Shown: in pieces, positions 13,210 to 29,601 of the stretch | Layout: each line of letters begins with the position of its first letter | Position numbering within the stretch: the stretch's first letter is position 1 | Origin: the human T2T-CHM13v2.0 reference genome, Homo sapiens | Direction: 5' to 3' (one strand) | Assembly (NCBI RefSeq): GCF_009914755.1 | Contig: NC_060937.1 | Length of the DNA: 64,000 bases | Position numbers and translations under genes: made by a program | Notes under the pieces: model-generated | What the model was told of the DNA's origin: nothing | Database searches by the model: none | Seen by the model: the letters and a program-made list of their open reading frames with translations, nothing else

Positions 13210-13745
13210 CATGACAGGCAGCCTCTCTGAGATGGCCCCCATTATCCTACATCCTGGTATTTATGCCTACATCTTTCCTTTTCATGTGCACTTGACCTAG
13301 TGACTCACTTCTGTGCATGCACTATGGCAAGTGATGACATGTCACTTTAGACATTAGGTTTCAAAGAGACTGTGTCATATCTTCTGTCTTGGGCATGCCC
13401 TCTCCTGCTCCCCCTTGATTGCTTGGCTTGGGGTGACCAGCTGCCACACTGTGTGGCAGTCCTAAGAAGAGGCCCATGTAAGTGAGCTTAGGAATAGATC
13501 TTCTGAAGTCTGTTCACAACCGTGTGTGTGAGCCTGGGAGAGGATCCTTCAGCCACAGTTGAGATTTCAGACGAGTGTATCCCTGGCCAACAGCTTGAGT
13601 GCAACCTCATGACAGAACTTGAGCTGGACACACCCAAGTAAACTGCATCCAATTCCTGGTCCACAGGAACTGTGAGATAATAAGTTTTTGTTTTAAGTTG
13701 CTAATTTTGGGCTAATCTGTTACACAGCAATAGATAAGTGATACA
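13210..13745 (+). mobile_element. MLT1F-like MaLR solo LTR
   Basis: Starts aggcagcctctctgagatggccccc; ends ttacacagcaatagataagtgataca. Confidence 0.8.
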
Positions 13746-13955
13746 TTGGGTCAATGAATTAACCATGTCTTTTACATCTATATGTGATAATATTCAACAA
13801 CAAAAAACTGCTTGATGAGAAACTTATTAAAGGTTTCTCGCAAGTTTAAGTAAATTAAGTGTTCTAATTCTCCATGCTCTCAAAGTTATTTATCTCTTCA
13901 AGGAATACTAGATTAATGAGCATCATATAAATTTTTATGGAAATTTTGTTGTTAC

Positions 13956-14129
13956 CTAATAGGGACACTCGTGTAAATGTTTCATGGGTGTATTCTCTAT
14001 GTCTAATACCAACCAACTCTCCATGTCCAGATTATGATTTATTTATTTGCAAGTCTCTGAGTTATCAGGAATATTTCTCATGGGCAGAAATTACCCTGGC
14101 CATATCTCAGTCTTGTGATCTTTGTAATA
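13956..14129 (-). pseudogene. FN3-like exon remnant (C'-E-F-G), symmetric phase 1
   Basis: gttttatttag|...|gtaaca, 174 nt = 58 codons, single frame LQRSQD*DMARVISAHEKYS**LRDLQINKS*SGHGELVG...ETFTRV. Confidence 0.55.
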
Positions 14130-14639
14130 CTAAATAAAACATTTCTTTTCAGTACAAGCTAATCATCTAACATCCTACTAACATTTGTTTTGGCCTCAGA
14201 ATTTTGTGTATCTCAACGTTTTTCAAAGTTCTCTGTGATGTGGGCCAATCTTAAATATCCAAAAATTGGTTTATTTTTCTCCAATATACTTAGAGCAGGC
14301 TAATTTTCTCCTTTTTTCTAAATATGCTCTCTCATTGTTGCCTAATTAGGCCTTTGACTATTTTATATCACCATGTAAATTTTCCTTGCATACCACTCCT
14401 TCTCCCCAACAAATCTCATCCACATCTTTCAAACTCACCTCCAAGGCTCCAGTGATCGTATCAGTCCATGCTGGTCTGTTCTCTAACACCCATTTGGCCC
14501 TCCGCCACCTGATTGCCTAGAGTAGGCATACTAGGAAAATATTTCTGGAATTAAGTTTGAAAAATTTTAAGGTGTTTTGAAACATTCTCTTTTTTTAATA
14601 ATATCAGCCTTTCTACTTCATAATAGGGAGTGAGGGTGA

Positions 14640-15170
<531 letters not shown>

Positions 15171-15619
15171 ACATTCGTTTTTAGATTTGAGAATTATGTT
15201 AATATATTCCTCAAAGTAAACCAAAATCGGAAATTAATTATCTCTTTTTCCTTTAATTCTTAAGCAAATCCTTTGCACTTAGGATCAAAAGTAGTTGCAT
15301 TGATTCTCCTGTTGAACATCTACCTTTGTTATCTTAAAAACCTGAATTATTGGCTTCAGAGTCCCTTGTAAGGTATTCCTTGAAACTTTCTCTGACATAC
15401 CTAATTTCTAGTTTGAATTTGGCATTTTGGACCTTGTGGGTTTTATTGTTTATACTTGGGTGGTTTATTTTTCATTTAAAAACCCATCTGACTTTTTCTT
15501 AATTGAAATCTTTTTGCTTAATTGAAATTAACATTTCTTTGGTATGTTTTGGAAAACCTAGTGATATTAAATATACATTTTAAACAATTTTATTAATGCT
15601 CAGAAAAGTATATGCAAAA

Positions 15620-16016
15620 ACTGTACAAGGATCAGGTCCGAGCTGTGTCAATCTGAAGTTGGTTGACAACTTTTGCTGAGCTTTCTTACTGCACAGCAAG
15701 TCACTGAATTGTACATGAGATGACCAGTTTTGTTCAGATATGTGTCCTTGTGTTGACGCATATTTCTAATCCAGTCATATAAATGCTCCTAAATGTGCCC
15801 CATTCAGTGAGATGGGAGAAAGTTCAAAGAATACCATATTTTCAGGAAGGTCAGTTAGTATTATAGGAGTTGATAGAAGAGAAGGAATATAGGGAAAATT
15901 TCAACTCTCCATAATTGGAGTAAGTGAATATTAAGAAAATTGATTATTGATTAACCAAAACACCCAATAGCATTAGTGTCCTGAATTTTCACCCTAGGAT
16001 GCTTTGCAAACGGAGG
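15620..16016 (-). pseudogene. FN3-like exon remnant (complete domain plus start of the next)
   Basis: Strong acceptor ttctctcccttttacttttctaag|; PPFAKHPRVKIQDTNAI /fs/ VFW...YSLTPIMES*NFPY...IILTDLPENMVFFELSPISLNG...TGLEI...KLVISC. Confidence 0.6.
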
Positions 16017-16309
16017 CTTAGAAAAGTAAAAGGGAGAGAAGGATCTGGCAAAGTTCTAATCTCCCCAAGTGGACACTGTGAAGCATAAAGCACTGTGCAT
16101 TAGGAAAGTTTTATTGCTATTTTTATTTATACAAGAATGTAGTTTTCTGAAATTAATTAAAAATTATCCCACAGAAGGAATGGAGTTTGAGGTTGTGAAA
16201 ATTGGTGATTCCTGAAGTCTTACTGTAATGTACTTTATCAAGATGAAGTCCAGGGCCCTGGTGAAGTGGGAGAGGCTGGGCAGCCTGGGTCCAATTCAGC
16301 TGCAACCTG

Positions 16310-16675
16310 AGTAGGCCATGACTGTGTGTGTGTGTCTCAGCCTCACTGCATCAGAATTTTCTCATCTGTACAAGGGGATAATCATAGTACTTATTAATCA
16401 GACTTCCAGGATCAAATCAGTCAATAAATGTAAGGCTTTAAAAGGAGTTCGTGGCACATAGTGAATATCTATCTGATAAATGTTAACTATTATTTATGAC
16501 CATAATATCATTTAATCCTTCCTCAAACATTGTTATGTAGGTATTTTACACAGAATTTATAGAAGAAGAACTCAAAATGCAGAAACACAAAATAACTTCT
16601 CCAGGGCCATACACAAGCTATTAATTGATAGTTTGGAGATTTGAGCAGAGATTTATCTGATGCCAAAGCTCATAT
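16310..16675. mobile_element. Two MIR fragments in opposite orientation
   Basis: ttctcatctgtacaaggggataatcatagtac on plus; catttaatcctt...ggagatttgagcagagatttatctgatgccaaagc on minus. Confidence 0.65.
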
Positions 16676-16789
16676 GTTTATTTAAATAAAGTTTGTAAAA
16701 ACAGTGATTTGACACTTACAAATACAATCTCAATTTTCTAAATAAAAAATTATTTTTATTTGACTAAGTGATGGATTAAGGAGTGAGTT

Positions 16790-16941
16790 TTCCTAAATAT
16801 CTCAAAAGAAATGATTAAGTCAAGGATTCACCCAAAGACTGCTGAAATGGAAACTGAAATTATTATGAATTAGCACAGTGCTTGGTCTCATAAAATTCAG
16901 GTGTGCGAGTCAGTGGCAGAGAAGTTCTCTGAGTGTGTGTG
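16790..16941 (-). pseudogene. FN3-like exon remnant (E-F-G)
   Basis: Acceptor ctcacctcatttctcag|; LAHLNFMRPSTVL /fs/ ISVSISAVFG. Confidence 0.5.
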
Positions 16942-17154
16942 CTGAGAAATGAGGTGAGAATGACAAAACTATATCTATAAAGTGACAGCGATACATTACA
17001 GGTGCTAATTAAAACAAAATGGTCTCTGTCTTGTTTCCAGGAACCCCCATCTCCTCATTCTTATTTTTAGTAGGCTTTGTTTTTAGGATGACATGAGTCA
17101 GTTTGGTGGATAATACACTTAAGGCAGAGTCACAATCTCATAGTTCTTGATTAC

Positions 17155-17415
17155 CTGAAGTTGTTGGTTGGATATATTAAATTAAAAAGTTGCTTCAGTT
17201 TGGAGTGGACAGTATGGTTTAAGAGCATAATTGGAAGTAGGAGTTCTCAGCAAACACCAGGTCAGCATGGAGTTATTGTAAATCTGAGTAGGAAACAAAT
17301 GGGGCGATATAATTTGGGCTGCTTGCTTTCTGTCTCTAAATTTCGTTTTCATAAAGTGATCCAGAAGAGATTTTGTATAGTGTGAATCTAAGCTTGATGG
17401 AAAATCAATCAGGTA
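17155..17415 (-). pseudogene. FN3-like exon remnant (E-F then A-B-C)
   Basis: atatttcag|...CAG|gtaatc, 261 nt = 87 codons; RFTLYKISSGSLYENEI /fs/ SPHLFPTQIYNNSMLTWCLLRTPTSNYAL. Confidence 0.6.
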
Positions 17416-17459
17416 CTGAAATATTCAGTCATTTAGGATAAACTGTAGTGACAAAGAAA

Positions 17460-18330
17460 TGATAGACACTTGGGATTAGAAGAGATCTCAAATGTTCTAT
17501 GGTCCAACTCCACCTATGGTTATACCTAGTTTTTTTGTTTTTTTTTCCAATCTCATCTTGACCATCTGTAGTGATATAAAACTTATTATTGCACATGTAA
17601 AAGTTACAGTCTCAGATGGCCTAATGGCTAGAAAAATGTGTTCTTAGATAGAGCAAAATCCTTTTTCAGTAACTTCCATCCATTTCTCTGATTTCAACCC
17701 TCTGAAGCCACATTTAATTTCTAATATCATTTTCATATAATATGTTCTTGGAAACTTTTCTTCAGGTTGACGATCCTTATCCGCTTAAAGCCTTCTCCTT
17801 TTGAGACCCTTAAAAGAAATGGTCAGTAGACACTTGCCAGCTTGTTGACATTTCTTTTAAAGACTATTTTTCAGAACTGAGGACAGTTCTCCAGTGTGGT
17901 CTCCACTGATGAGGCCAGAGTGCTGCATGTTCTGATCCCTCCAGAACAGGCTGCTTACGGTTGTATAAGCCTTCCTGGCCACTTACTGAACTGTTGACTC
18001 TTGTTGAGGCCAATGGTAATCATAATCTCTTGAGTCTTTTTTTTTTTACAATTAGTTATGTCTCCACAGTACTGCATTTCTATCCCTCCCCTCCTCTCAC
18101 CTCCCCTCCCGTTTTCTCTCCCATCCCCTCCCCTTCCCCTCTCCTCCCCTCTCCTCTCCTTTTCTCTCCTTTCTCTTTTTCTTTTTTGTTGAAGCTTGAA
18201 ATGGACAGTGTTTATGCCTATTATAGTTTATTGAGCTAGATTTGACCCATCTTACCACACTGCTAAGATTATTCAGGACTTTGTCTCTGATATCCCCTTT
18301 GACATTCCTATCTGTAATTTGCTAGTTGGA
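17460..18330 (-). mobile_element. L3/CR1 (with MIR3-like end) remnant
   Basis: gtaacttccatccattt...ccctctgaagcca, ttttcttcaggttga, cagttctccagtgtggtct. Confidence 0.55.
18082..18190. repeat. CT-rich polypyrimidine low-complexity tract
   Basis: (ccctc/ctcct)n followed by a T-rich run. Confidence 0.85.
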
Positions 18331-18899
18331 TCCGTGTGTGTCTTACATGAGAGCCAGTAATCACAGGCTGTTGACTCACATCTGGAACCCAACCCTGGAT
18401 CCAGTGTGGTGAGGGGAGGCGTGATGGCTCTGGCAGGTAATGTTGGGAACTTGACAACTGAGCCCTGGTGTATGGGGGATAAAAAGCAGCCCAAAGCAGA
18501 AGAAGGACAGGGCCCATGGATGCAAGATAGGTTAGGAGGCACATTTTAAATATGTCTAGGTAGGCATTGCCCACCTGTCAACATTGCAAAGTAGAAAACC
18601 AGGAGCTGGAGGCACAATGGTAAGGGAGGGATGATGCCCTGGTGGGGAAGGGGCACCATCCTGCCCAGGTGGGTGCTGACTTCACACATGCACTCCTCCC
18701 AGCACCCAATACGAATCAGTGTTGGGATTTAGGCTGAAGCCTCAGAGGCTTTCCTTTCTGAGGAATTCCTTCTGCCTCAAAGTCATCAGAAGTGCACAAA
18801 CAGCAGCCCAGATCGCCTTCCTCTAGGTACACGTGACCTTCAGAGGCACAGAAGGCCCTCAGGAAATACATGCTCACAGGGGATGATAGGGAAATATCT

Positions 18900-21080
<2,181 letters not shown>

Positions 21081-21084
21081 GAGC

Positions 21085-21232
21085 TTGCAGGCATGTTTTC
21101 ATTGAAGTCGTTGGTAATGCTGTTGAAGCGGACTGTGCATACGGCTGAGAGTCCTGTGACTTCAAAGACTTTCCTCTGTTAAATTGATCCATCACAATGG
21201 TGAAGAGGATATTCAGTCAGTCATGATTCTGT
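21085..21232 (-). pseudogene. FN3-like exon remnant (C'-E-F-G), abutting an L1
   Basis: Acceptor ttttaatgtatttag|; FEVTGL /fs/ QPYAQ /fs/ RFNSITNDFNENMP, compared with the FN3 pattern VTGLQPYTxYxFRVxAxN. Confidence 0.6.
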
Positions 21233-22125
21233 CTAAATACATTAAAACTCAAGCAATAATTTGTTATACCACCAGAAAGGTATCACGAATATTTTTGTCT
21301 ATTGACCACTAAATACAGATGTGTATTTAATGGTGCATTTTTAAAAAATCTTCCAGGCAAGAAGAACGTTCATGATACGATTATTGTGAATCTTTCCTGA
21401 CTCCTAATGATTGTCTCTTTACTTCAGAATTAAATTCTTCACACATTATTTGCTTACCAATTTGTTCAAAACATTTTCTTGGCTGAACACCAAACCTGCC
21501 AGCCTGTACAGTTTGTATTATGAACGTTCTTGTCCTTTCTGAACATTACAACATTTATTCATCTTCAGTCCTCCTTTTACTTATTAGTTCCATAATTATT
21601 TAAAAGTTCACTGAAAATCAATTGCATTAGACCCTAGGATGATGCCTTTGAATGATTAGTTATAATCAAGACAGAAATCTAGGAACCAAATTTTTTTTTT
21701 TTTTTTTTTTGCTGCTGTACTCTCAATGGTCAGGAAAGCCCATAGGCAAGATTGGGGAAGATGTTGAAAATGAAAATATTTAACATGTTTAAGCAGAAAA
21801 AAAGTCCATTTTTGTATAAGAAAATGTTCTTATTATGCACACATGATTATCTACCTCTACATCATCACTGTTCTTCCTGTCCCAATCAAGAGAGGTATTT
21901 TTCATTCAATTTTTGCAAGAAACATGGCATTGCCAAAATTTAGATATTTTAACTTGCAAAATGGCAATTTCAAATGGCTCAACTTTGTACCATGTGCAAG
22001 GCATTGGGTATATGGTAGGGAACAAAAGTGATAGAGGCTCCGTCTCTTAGGACCCCTCCCTCTCCTAGAGGGACAATGTCCTAAGCCTAGAGAAAAGTCA
22101 CAGATATTAATGGAGATGGTACAAC

Positions 22126-22362
22126 CTGTGACCTTATCTTGAAAACAACTATGATTTTTTTGCCATGTAGCTTGGACCACTGGTCACCAGTCCTGAGCAG
22201 TATTTTTCTGTTGGTATGTATTTGATAAGTAACTGGTTTTTTAAAGATGCCAACAGACCCACAGGATTGAAATCATTCCATTACACTAGTTTCCCATTGT
22301 TCCTCCATCAGCCTCACATCATTTATCCAGGGCACTTGCTGTGTACTGCAAACTCTGTGGCG
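22126..22362 (-). pseudogene. FN3-like exon remnant (A-B-C-C')
   Basis: Acceptor ttctttctacatcattag|; 237 nt, one frame VPWINDVRLMEEQWETSVME*FQSCGSVGIFKKPVTYQIH...GDQWSKL with TGA at the expected Trp. Confidence 0.55.
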
Positions 22363-23649
22363 CTAATGATGTAGAAAGAATTTAAACTTTCAGCAGTAAA
22401 TGTCTGCTAGATAACAGCAGCTGGATGGTTGGAGACCATCTCTGGTGCCATGAGTATCCTCCCTTCTGCCAAACATTTTTATCTGTGGAGCACAACACAG
22501 AACTCACTTCACATCCCTGCAACTTTCCCTGGCCAAGTAGATTTGGTCTCAGTGCTCTTATCGCTCATGTGACAAATGTGTTTCTCACAAGAATGTGTGT
22601 TTATATATATATATATGTATAAAAATGAAAGGTTGGCAAGAAATTGATATGAACTTGTATAGATTGGATACCTCTGCTAGCGATAATATTTATTCATCCA
22701 TCTTGACTCACTCCAGATTGCTGAGACTCTATGTGTGTAAAGACAGTTTCTATCTCAAATTATAAACAATCTCTTAGCACTTATTGTGGTGTGATGGAGC
22801 TAATAGTACCTCAATAAATGCTCATAGAAGATTATAACTTTCCAATGTCTGTTTTGTGGCAATCAACATATAACCAACTGAAGTAATTTTATCACATTGA
22901 AAATTAAGTGCTAAGAAAAAGGAAAGAATTGGGGTGTGTATTTTATGATATAATTTCATGTGGCAATGTAGATGTCAATGTAACTTTTTCCTTTTCTAAA
23001 TGCCCAAGTCATTTCACAAGACCACAAAACTCTTCTTTCTTTTCAAGTGAAAATGATTTCTTTTCAAATAGACGAAAAAGAAATTCATTGCCTTCAGGTT
23101 ATATGAGGTGAGAAAATCAGGGGAGACTATCCTGTTTTAAAGGATAAGAATTTGAGCAATGAAAATAGCTAGAGAGCCCAGATTCTCATTAGCACCATTT
23201 TTATCTGGTGTGTGATAGCAGGAGATAGAGTTGATTAAAATCGCTTTTCAGAGGATTGAAAAAGTACATTCTTGTCACTCTCCTCAGATCATTGGGGCAT
23301 TCTGTTTATTTTCTGCCTCTTTCCACTGATACTTATTTCTAGTTTCCATGGATCCTTTTTCTCTTTTTCCCACAGTGTGGTAGTCACTATGTAAGGAATT
23401 CCTTAAGTCTGGCAAGTGCAGTAATTTTTCAAATTAGAATTATCATAAAAATTTTAATACCAATTTAAGGATATTCCTGTTCATACACTTTGAACATTAC
23501 AATAGATACTCCCTTAATTATTAAACTTGTGACTTTGGATCCCTTTCCCTAATAAATGTTAGGTCAGTTGAATCAAAGGAGGAGAAGTCTACCTGGAGAT
23601 TTTAGTGACTATTGGGGAAATTAAAACAAAACAAAACAAAAAAAGACCC

Positions 23650-23856
23650 ATAACGATAGAAAAACATCCAGTGTCTTGCATTGGTATTTCAATGTAGTGT
23701 AAGATAAATTCCAGTTGCTAAAATCTAGTTTCACCACCAGGGCTGGTCAATACCTCCTGTGTCTATGAGGTTGGAGGAGGAGTTTGCCTCAGCGGGAAGG
23801 TTCGTAATGTTAGGTAACTACTCTAACATGGCAATACTTGAGTGATTATTTATTTT
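23650..23856 (-). pseudogene. FN3-like exon remnant (A-B-C)
   Basis: LPNITNLPAEANSSSNLIDT...ATGIYLTLH*NTNARHW. Confidence 0.45.
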
Positions 23857-24407
23857 CTAAACACACATTTCTCTGGTCCTTGTTTATTTATGGCATGGGA
23901 ATAAACATTTGAGACTTTGTATAGTTTTATCTATTAATAATAATTAATCCAGTATCTGAAAACATTTCTAACTAGTGTTTTCCATGAGGCCCTTTAAAAG
24001 AGAGAAATTCAATTGCCTTTTGAGATGTGAATGTTGAATTCATTTAGATCTCCTGCAGAAATAAATCCGTCATAGGCAAAGTTAACATCTCACTAGTGTT
24101 AGAAAAACCTGCTGAAGTTCGAAATGTTTCTCAAGGTAGTATGTTCATTTGGTATTATATTTAAGTAAGAAAGCTAATTTTATAGGGGTTGGGGCTTTTG
24201 AACTTTCCTATCTCAGACATTCCTTGGAACTGGAGAAACTCATATCTGAGATCAACATTTGGCAGCATTCAAAATACTTTCTTCATTACAATAATATAAT
24301 TTCCCATGTAATTTGGCTTCTTGGAGTGGAGGCGGCACTAACTTCACCACTTTAAATGGAAGAATAAGATTTGGCACCCTGTCATATGACTTGTCATTTG
24401 AAGTCAC

Positions 24408-24680
24408 CTGCTTTTAAGCAATCCCAGAGAGGCTGGGGTTTAGAGTCCCAAAGGATGGCATATGACTCTTCTCCATGCTCCTCAGGCTAAACTCATTGAA
24501 ACAGAAGCTGCACTTGTTATTTTTGTGATGAGCACGACTTAGTATTGCAACCCCAGAGCTGGGCGAAACACTGGTGTTGTGCAGAATCAATCAAATCAAG
24601 GTATGGCCTTGCCAGACAGCAAATATATGAAAAGAATACAACTTTCTTCCAGCAGTGAAAGATTGGTTGAAGGAAATTCC
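24408..24680 (-). pseudogene. FN3-like exon remnant (E-F-G)
   Basis: ccccttcttggttacag|...CAG|gtgact, 273 nt = 91 codons; SFNQSFTAGRKLYSFHIFAVWQG. Confidence 0.5.
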
Positions 24681-25048
24681 CTGTAACCAAGAAGGGGCTA
24701 GAAACTAAAATCAAATGATTTGTTTATAAGTATATAGGAATAATCTACTTTTCTTCTTGTGAAGGAAGCTCGGTCTGTGCATCTGGGGTCCTGGTAAAAT
24801 CATTTTGGGTGGCTCTCTGGCTTCTGGTCCCGAGTTTTGGAACTCACCTGTAGAAGGTACCCATGTTGCTTGCAAAGGTAAATCTCTTCCCCTGAAAGGT
24901 GAGTAGATGTCCTATTCTTGGAGGTTTTAATTAAAAAGAAAAAAGTAAATAAATCAACCTATGGAAATTCACACTTTTAAGCATAGGGACAATTTTTTAT
25001 CATTGAGATAATCTGCATACTTTTGGTACTTAAAGTATATGTAATATT

Positions 25049-25357
<309 letters not shown>

Positions 25358-26089
25358 TATGTAATATTTATGTAAGATAATTCAATCAATTATCTTATGT
25401 TTAAAATTTTAAAAAGATGATTCAGCAATTGATTTTAGACTTCAGATATAGAAATGTGTAGAAGAATTTCACGATGTTTTAAAGTCATGGTTGTAATTAG
25501 CATATAACATTTATAATTAGAACTTCAAATTTATGGAAAATTGGGTTTTTGCATATGCAATTTAATAATTTGAATTAGTTAAAAACATCTGGTGACTTCG
25601 GTTTATGGTCTCTGTGCACAAAAAGCCCCCCTTTAACATCAAAATACTCATAGTAACACTTTTTGCAGATGCAGAAACTGAAATCCTGTCTATCTAGAAA
25701 ATGCTGCATGCTCCCTTCCTTCTCCTGGTCCTGGCCTGTCACCTCCTGGCCCTGGCCTATCACCTTCTCTGGAAGCCATCCCTGACACACCTGTACCAGG
25801 TAGAGCCACCTCTTCCCCTAGGTCATCATCCATCTTTAGCTTGCTTCTATGGATTTGCTTTCTGTCCTATGTAACAATCCTTCACATTACCCAGAATTTT
25901 CTTAAGGATTTACTCCTATTTCAATCCCTATTACCTACCAAAATTTATATTTTGTTCTTGGCATTGTTCTAGGCTTGCTAAGGTGTTAAGGAGACTCCCT
26001 AAAATGTTATACTACATTGTTGTAGGCCTCAAGGAACTTTACATTTTAATGACAACTAGTACATATAGTGTGATAAATGACGCAGTACT

Positions 26090-26200
26090 ACATGGCTCCC
26101 GTGTGTTCTGATTTAGTAGTTGAGGTTGGGCCTCAGGAATCAGGATGTTCAGGAAATCTCCAGAGAAATCCAGTGTGCAGCCAGGTTTGGGGACTGCTGG
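26090..26200. mobile_element. MER5-like DNA transposon fragment
   Basis: ttctgatttagtag...gggcctcaggaatc...gtgcagccaggtttggggactgctg. Confidence 0.55.
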
Positions 26201-26943
26201 ATTACAGGAAGGAGATTAGAATCTGCAAAGCCAGTTTGAAGGCACGAGGGTTTTTAAATGAATATTCAAAAGTCTGGCTCAGGATACACTCATGGGTAGA
26301 GCAAGAAACTGATGGCGGCCTTGCATGCAGATCCTTCCACTCTATACCCAGACATCATGTAGGTGCCTCTCCTGGTGGTTGCAGGCCCTTATGGGGATCA
26401 GGGCACAGGTAAAGTCTTAATTCCTGGGAATCTTGGTAGAGAATGATTGCAGGGTTTTTCCCAGTGGGGTGGTCAAATGTATGGAAAAGAGCAACAGGGA
26501 GCCTGGGGTGAGGCCAGAAAACAGCAGAACCTGAGCAGAGTTAGGCTCATAGAAATAGGAGGATCTTTGTGCCAACCCCAGCTCCATGAGCTTGTGGCAC
26601 GTCCCCTTGGCCTCCAAGAGACCAACGAAGAGCTAAACAGGTAGTGGTCTTTCACCATCCTGAGGCTGACAAGGACCTCAACAGGGACTGGCAGGCTTTC
26701 TGCTTCCACACACAATTCTAAAAGGGGAGACACCACTTTCCCTTCCATCACATGCAAGGGTGCTGTGCTATCCCCTGGACTCTATAGAACCACATTCCTG
26801 TCCAAATACAAGTCCCTTTTAATATCCAGAGAAGGAAGAGTGGTCAGAAGAAACACAACATAAACCTAAACAGAAAGAACAAAAGGCAGAAACAAAATAC
26901 TACATTTTAAAAAGTACTTAACTTTCTAAAGTTGAAAATATGA

Positions 26944-27362
26944 TGTATTAGTACATTTTACGTTGCTATAAAGAAATACATGAGACTGGGTCATTTATAC
27001 AGAAAAGAGATTTATTTGGTTCATGGTTCTGTAGGCTGTACAGGAAGCATGCCACCAGTATCTGCTTCTGGGAGGCCTCAGGAAGCTTCTAATCATGGTG
27101 GAAAGCAGAAGGGCAGCAGGCATGTCACATGGAAAGAGCCAGGAGCAAGAGGGAGGGGAGAAGGTGCTAGGCCCCTTGAAACAACCAGCTCTCCTGTGAG
27201 CTAGTAGAGTGAGAACTCATTCATTACTGAAAGGACAGCACCAAGCCATTCATGTGGGATCTGATCCTATGACCCTAATACCGCCCACCAGACCCACTTC
27301 CAACAGTGGGGTTCAAATTTTAACATGAGATTCACAAGGGACAAAACTGCCAAGCTATGTCA
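26944..27362 (-). mobile_element. MSTB MaLR solo LTR
   Basis: tgtattagt...ctatgtca termini; ggctgtacaggaagcatgccaccagtatctgcttctgg; TSD tatga/catga. Confidence 0.88.
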
Positions 27363-27379
27363 CATGATTTTCCAAACAA

Positions 27380-28890
27380 ATAATTGACTGATGAATTAAA
27401 GATGAGATAGTTATAGTTGAGACTAAAGTTTGAGAACTAGAAGTTCAAGTGGACAAAATATTTCAAACAGAACATAATTATAAAGAGATGGATATAATGA
27501 GGAAAAAATCATTTTGGTGGGGAAAACCCATCTTTAATAGTGAAACAATACATCTAGGTGGGGAAATACTTGGTCAGTTGCTTTTAAAAGATAGTAGGAA
27601 ATGTATATCTAATTATGAGAGGTAACTATTAATGAAATGGAAAAGTATGGTAGAATTTGTAAATTAATAAGAGGAAAAAATAGAATTATTAGAGAATGGA
27701 TCAAAGTAACAAAACTAAGAAGCAATTTGAAATATTTAGCAATCATAAGGTAAGATAAAAAATATATAATCAAGGCATCTTAGCCATTATGGTATATGCA
27801 AGTGGGCTGAATGCTTTCATTAAAGATGATTGTTATTTTTGCATTATAACACAAAACCCAGTTATATGCTATATGATAACACTTAAAACAAATAAATACA
27901 GAAAGCTAGAACATAAGGTTGTGAAGATAATTAAACACAAGGCAATATTAAACAAAATAAAACTAACAAAACACTTATTTAAAAACCCTAAAAAGTAGAA
28001 AGTGGGAAAGGCAATATACTAATATCACAATATCATTAATATGATAATATATTAAAATACTCTTGCATTTAAGGTTAAGCAGGGGTATTATGTGATGATA
28101 AAAAGAAATTATAACATTCCTAAATTTCTACGCATAAAAATATATCAGAAAAATATACAAGGCAATAACTATGCAAAATGCAGTATGTAATAGGAACATG
28201 TTTGTAGCAGGAAACTTTAATATACTGTTTTGGAAAATGGACAGATCTAGCAGGCAAAATAAATTAGTCTTGCAGTAATGAATACACAATCAACAAACAA
28301 TAACCATAAACGTAAGCTTGCGTTTTTCAAAGGAGGCCATACATACTTGGTATGACTTTCACACAAAAAAAGTGCTCATTAAATTACCTATGAAGAAAAA
28401 ATAAATAGAGATTTTTTAGGCCACAAAGACTACTGAGTGGTCACAAAAATCATTTTCCTACTTGAATACTAAGAAACACACTTGGATAAAATTTTTGGAT
28501 CAAAGACAAAATAAGAGGGAAATCACAACCTATCTAGAAAGCAATAAGGAGAAAACTTCACACTAAGTGTGATGGGGTAGAGCTGAACTCAGAGGGACAT
28601 TTTTTATTTTAAATTACTTTGTCACTAAAGAATAAATACTAAAAATAAAGGAACTAAGGAAAAATGAAGACAGAAATCTATCATAAGGAATTAGAAACGG
28701 AAAAACAAAAACTGAAGAAACTGGGAAGAGAGAATTAATAAAGGCCACAGCCAATCTTAATGAAATAAAAAAATGCAACAAGTAAAAATTTCAGAAAGGA
28801 TACTTTAATCCAACATTTAGTTTTTTAATAGATCAGAAAAATAAAACTTTAAATGTTCCTGGTTCATGAAAAAGGAGAAATAAAAAGCAA
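27380..28890 (+). mobile_element. Old L1M ORF1/ORF2 5' remnant
   Basis: A-rich decayed endonuclease-region motifs (aagtgggctgaatgctttcattaaaga, gaaactttaatatac, aaaatggacagatctag). Confidence 0.6.
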
Positions 28891-29169
28891 AAATGGACAC
28901 ACTTACACACTTTGAGATACTATTTATTATAGTCGGTTTTTAAAAAGAAATTATTAAGAGTGAAGGAAAATGGAGTATACCTCCTGACCTGACAGTGTCA
29001 GTAGACACTGACAAAGGGAGATTATTTAAAATAAGGGGGTCAGGAATTTTGCTACTGATGAACATATCTCTCAAAGCCTTTTCTAGCTTTTAATATCTTG
29101 GGATGATTAATTGACTAATGCTAAACTTTAAAGTATGTTTAAATTTGAAAAATGGAGGAGTCAATCAAT

Positions 29170-29601
29170 GTGTTTATAATAGTGACACTCAGTATAATAG
29201 TTATTGGTGCGCTACACACTTAAGTCTCTTGAATGTAGCCTTGGAAATCTGTAATGCAAGATTATTAATGTTACCCACAATCCACATTTAGTTTCTTTTA
29301 GTGTGTGTTTATATTTGAAAATATTACACATTTGGGAGAGAAGACTGATATCCGTCAAGATAGCTATATAAAGCAGAAACCTGCAAAATATTTAGCAATA
29401 TGGAATTTCTCTAATTTTGAACAGTAGTAATAACAACATTAACTTGGAACTGGATGAACATATGCATTATGTCACAGATTAAAGCAGCAGTGGTTGCTGT
29501 TAATATTTATAATCTTTATTCTATATGTGATACTTCTTCATCTAAAATAAAACTTGACCTTTGAAGAGGTTCATATGAAAAATAAGAATGACTTTTTGTA
29601 A
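29170..29601 (-). pseudogene. Two adjacent FN3-like exon remnants
   Basis: Acceptors before 29601 (aattccatcttacag|) and 29380 (atattttgcag|); ILTATTAALICD; FI*LS*R...YFQI...ISKATFKRLK /fs/ ILSVTIIN. Confidence 0.4.

Noticed and set aside
24842-24904. Opposed splice-donor words actcacct and aggtgagt
   Set aside because: An 8-bp inverted match is within chance expectation.
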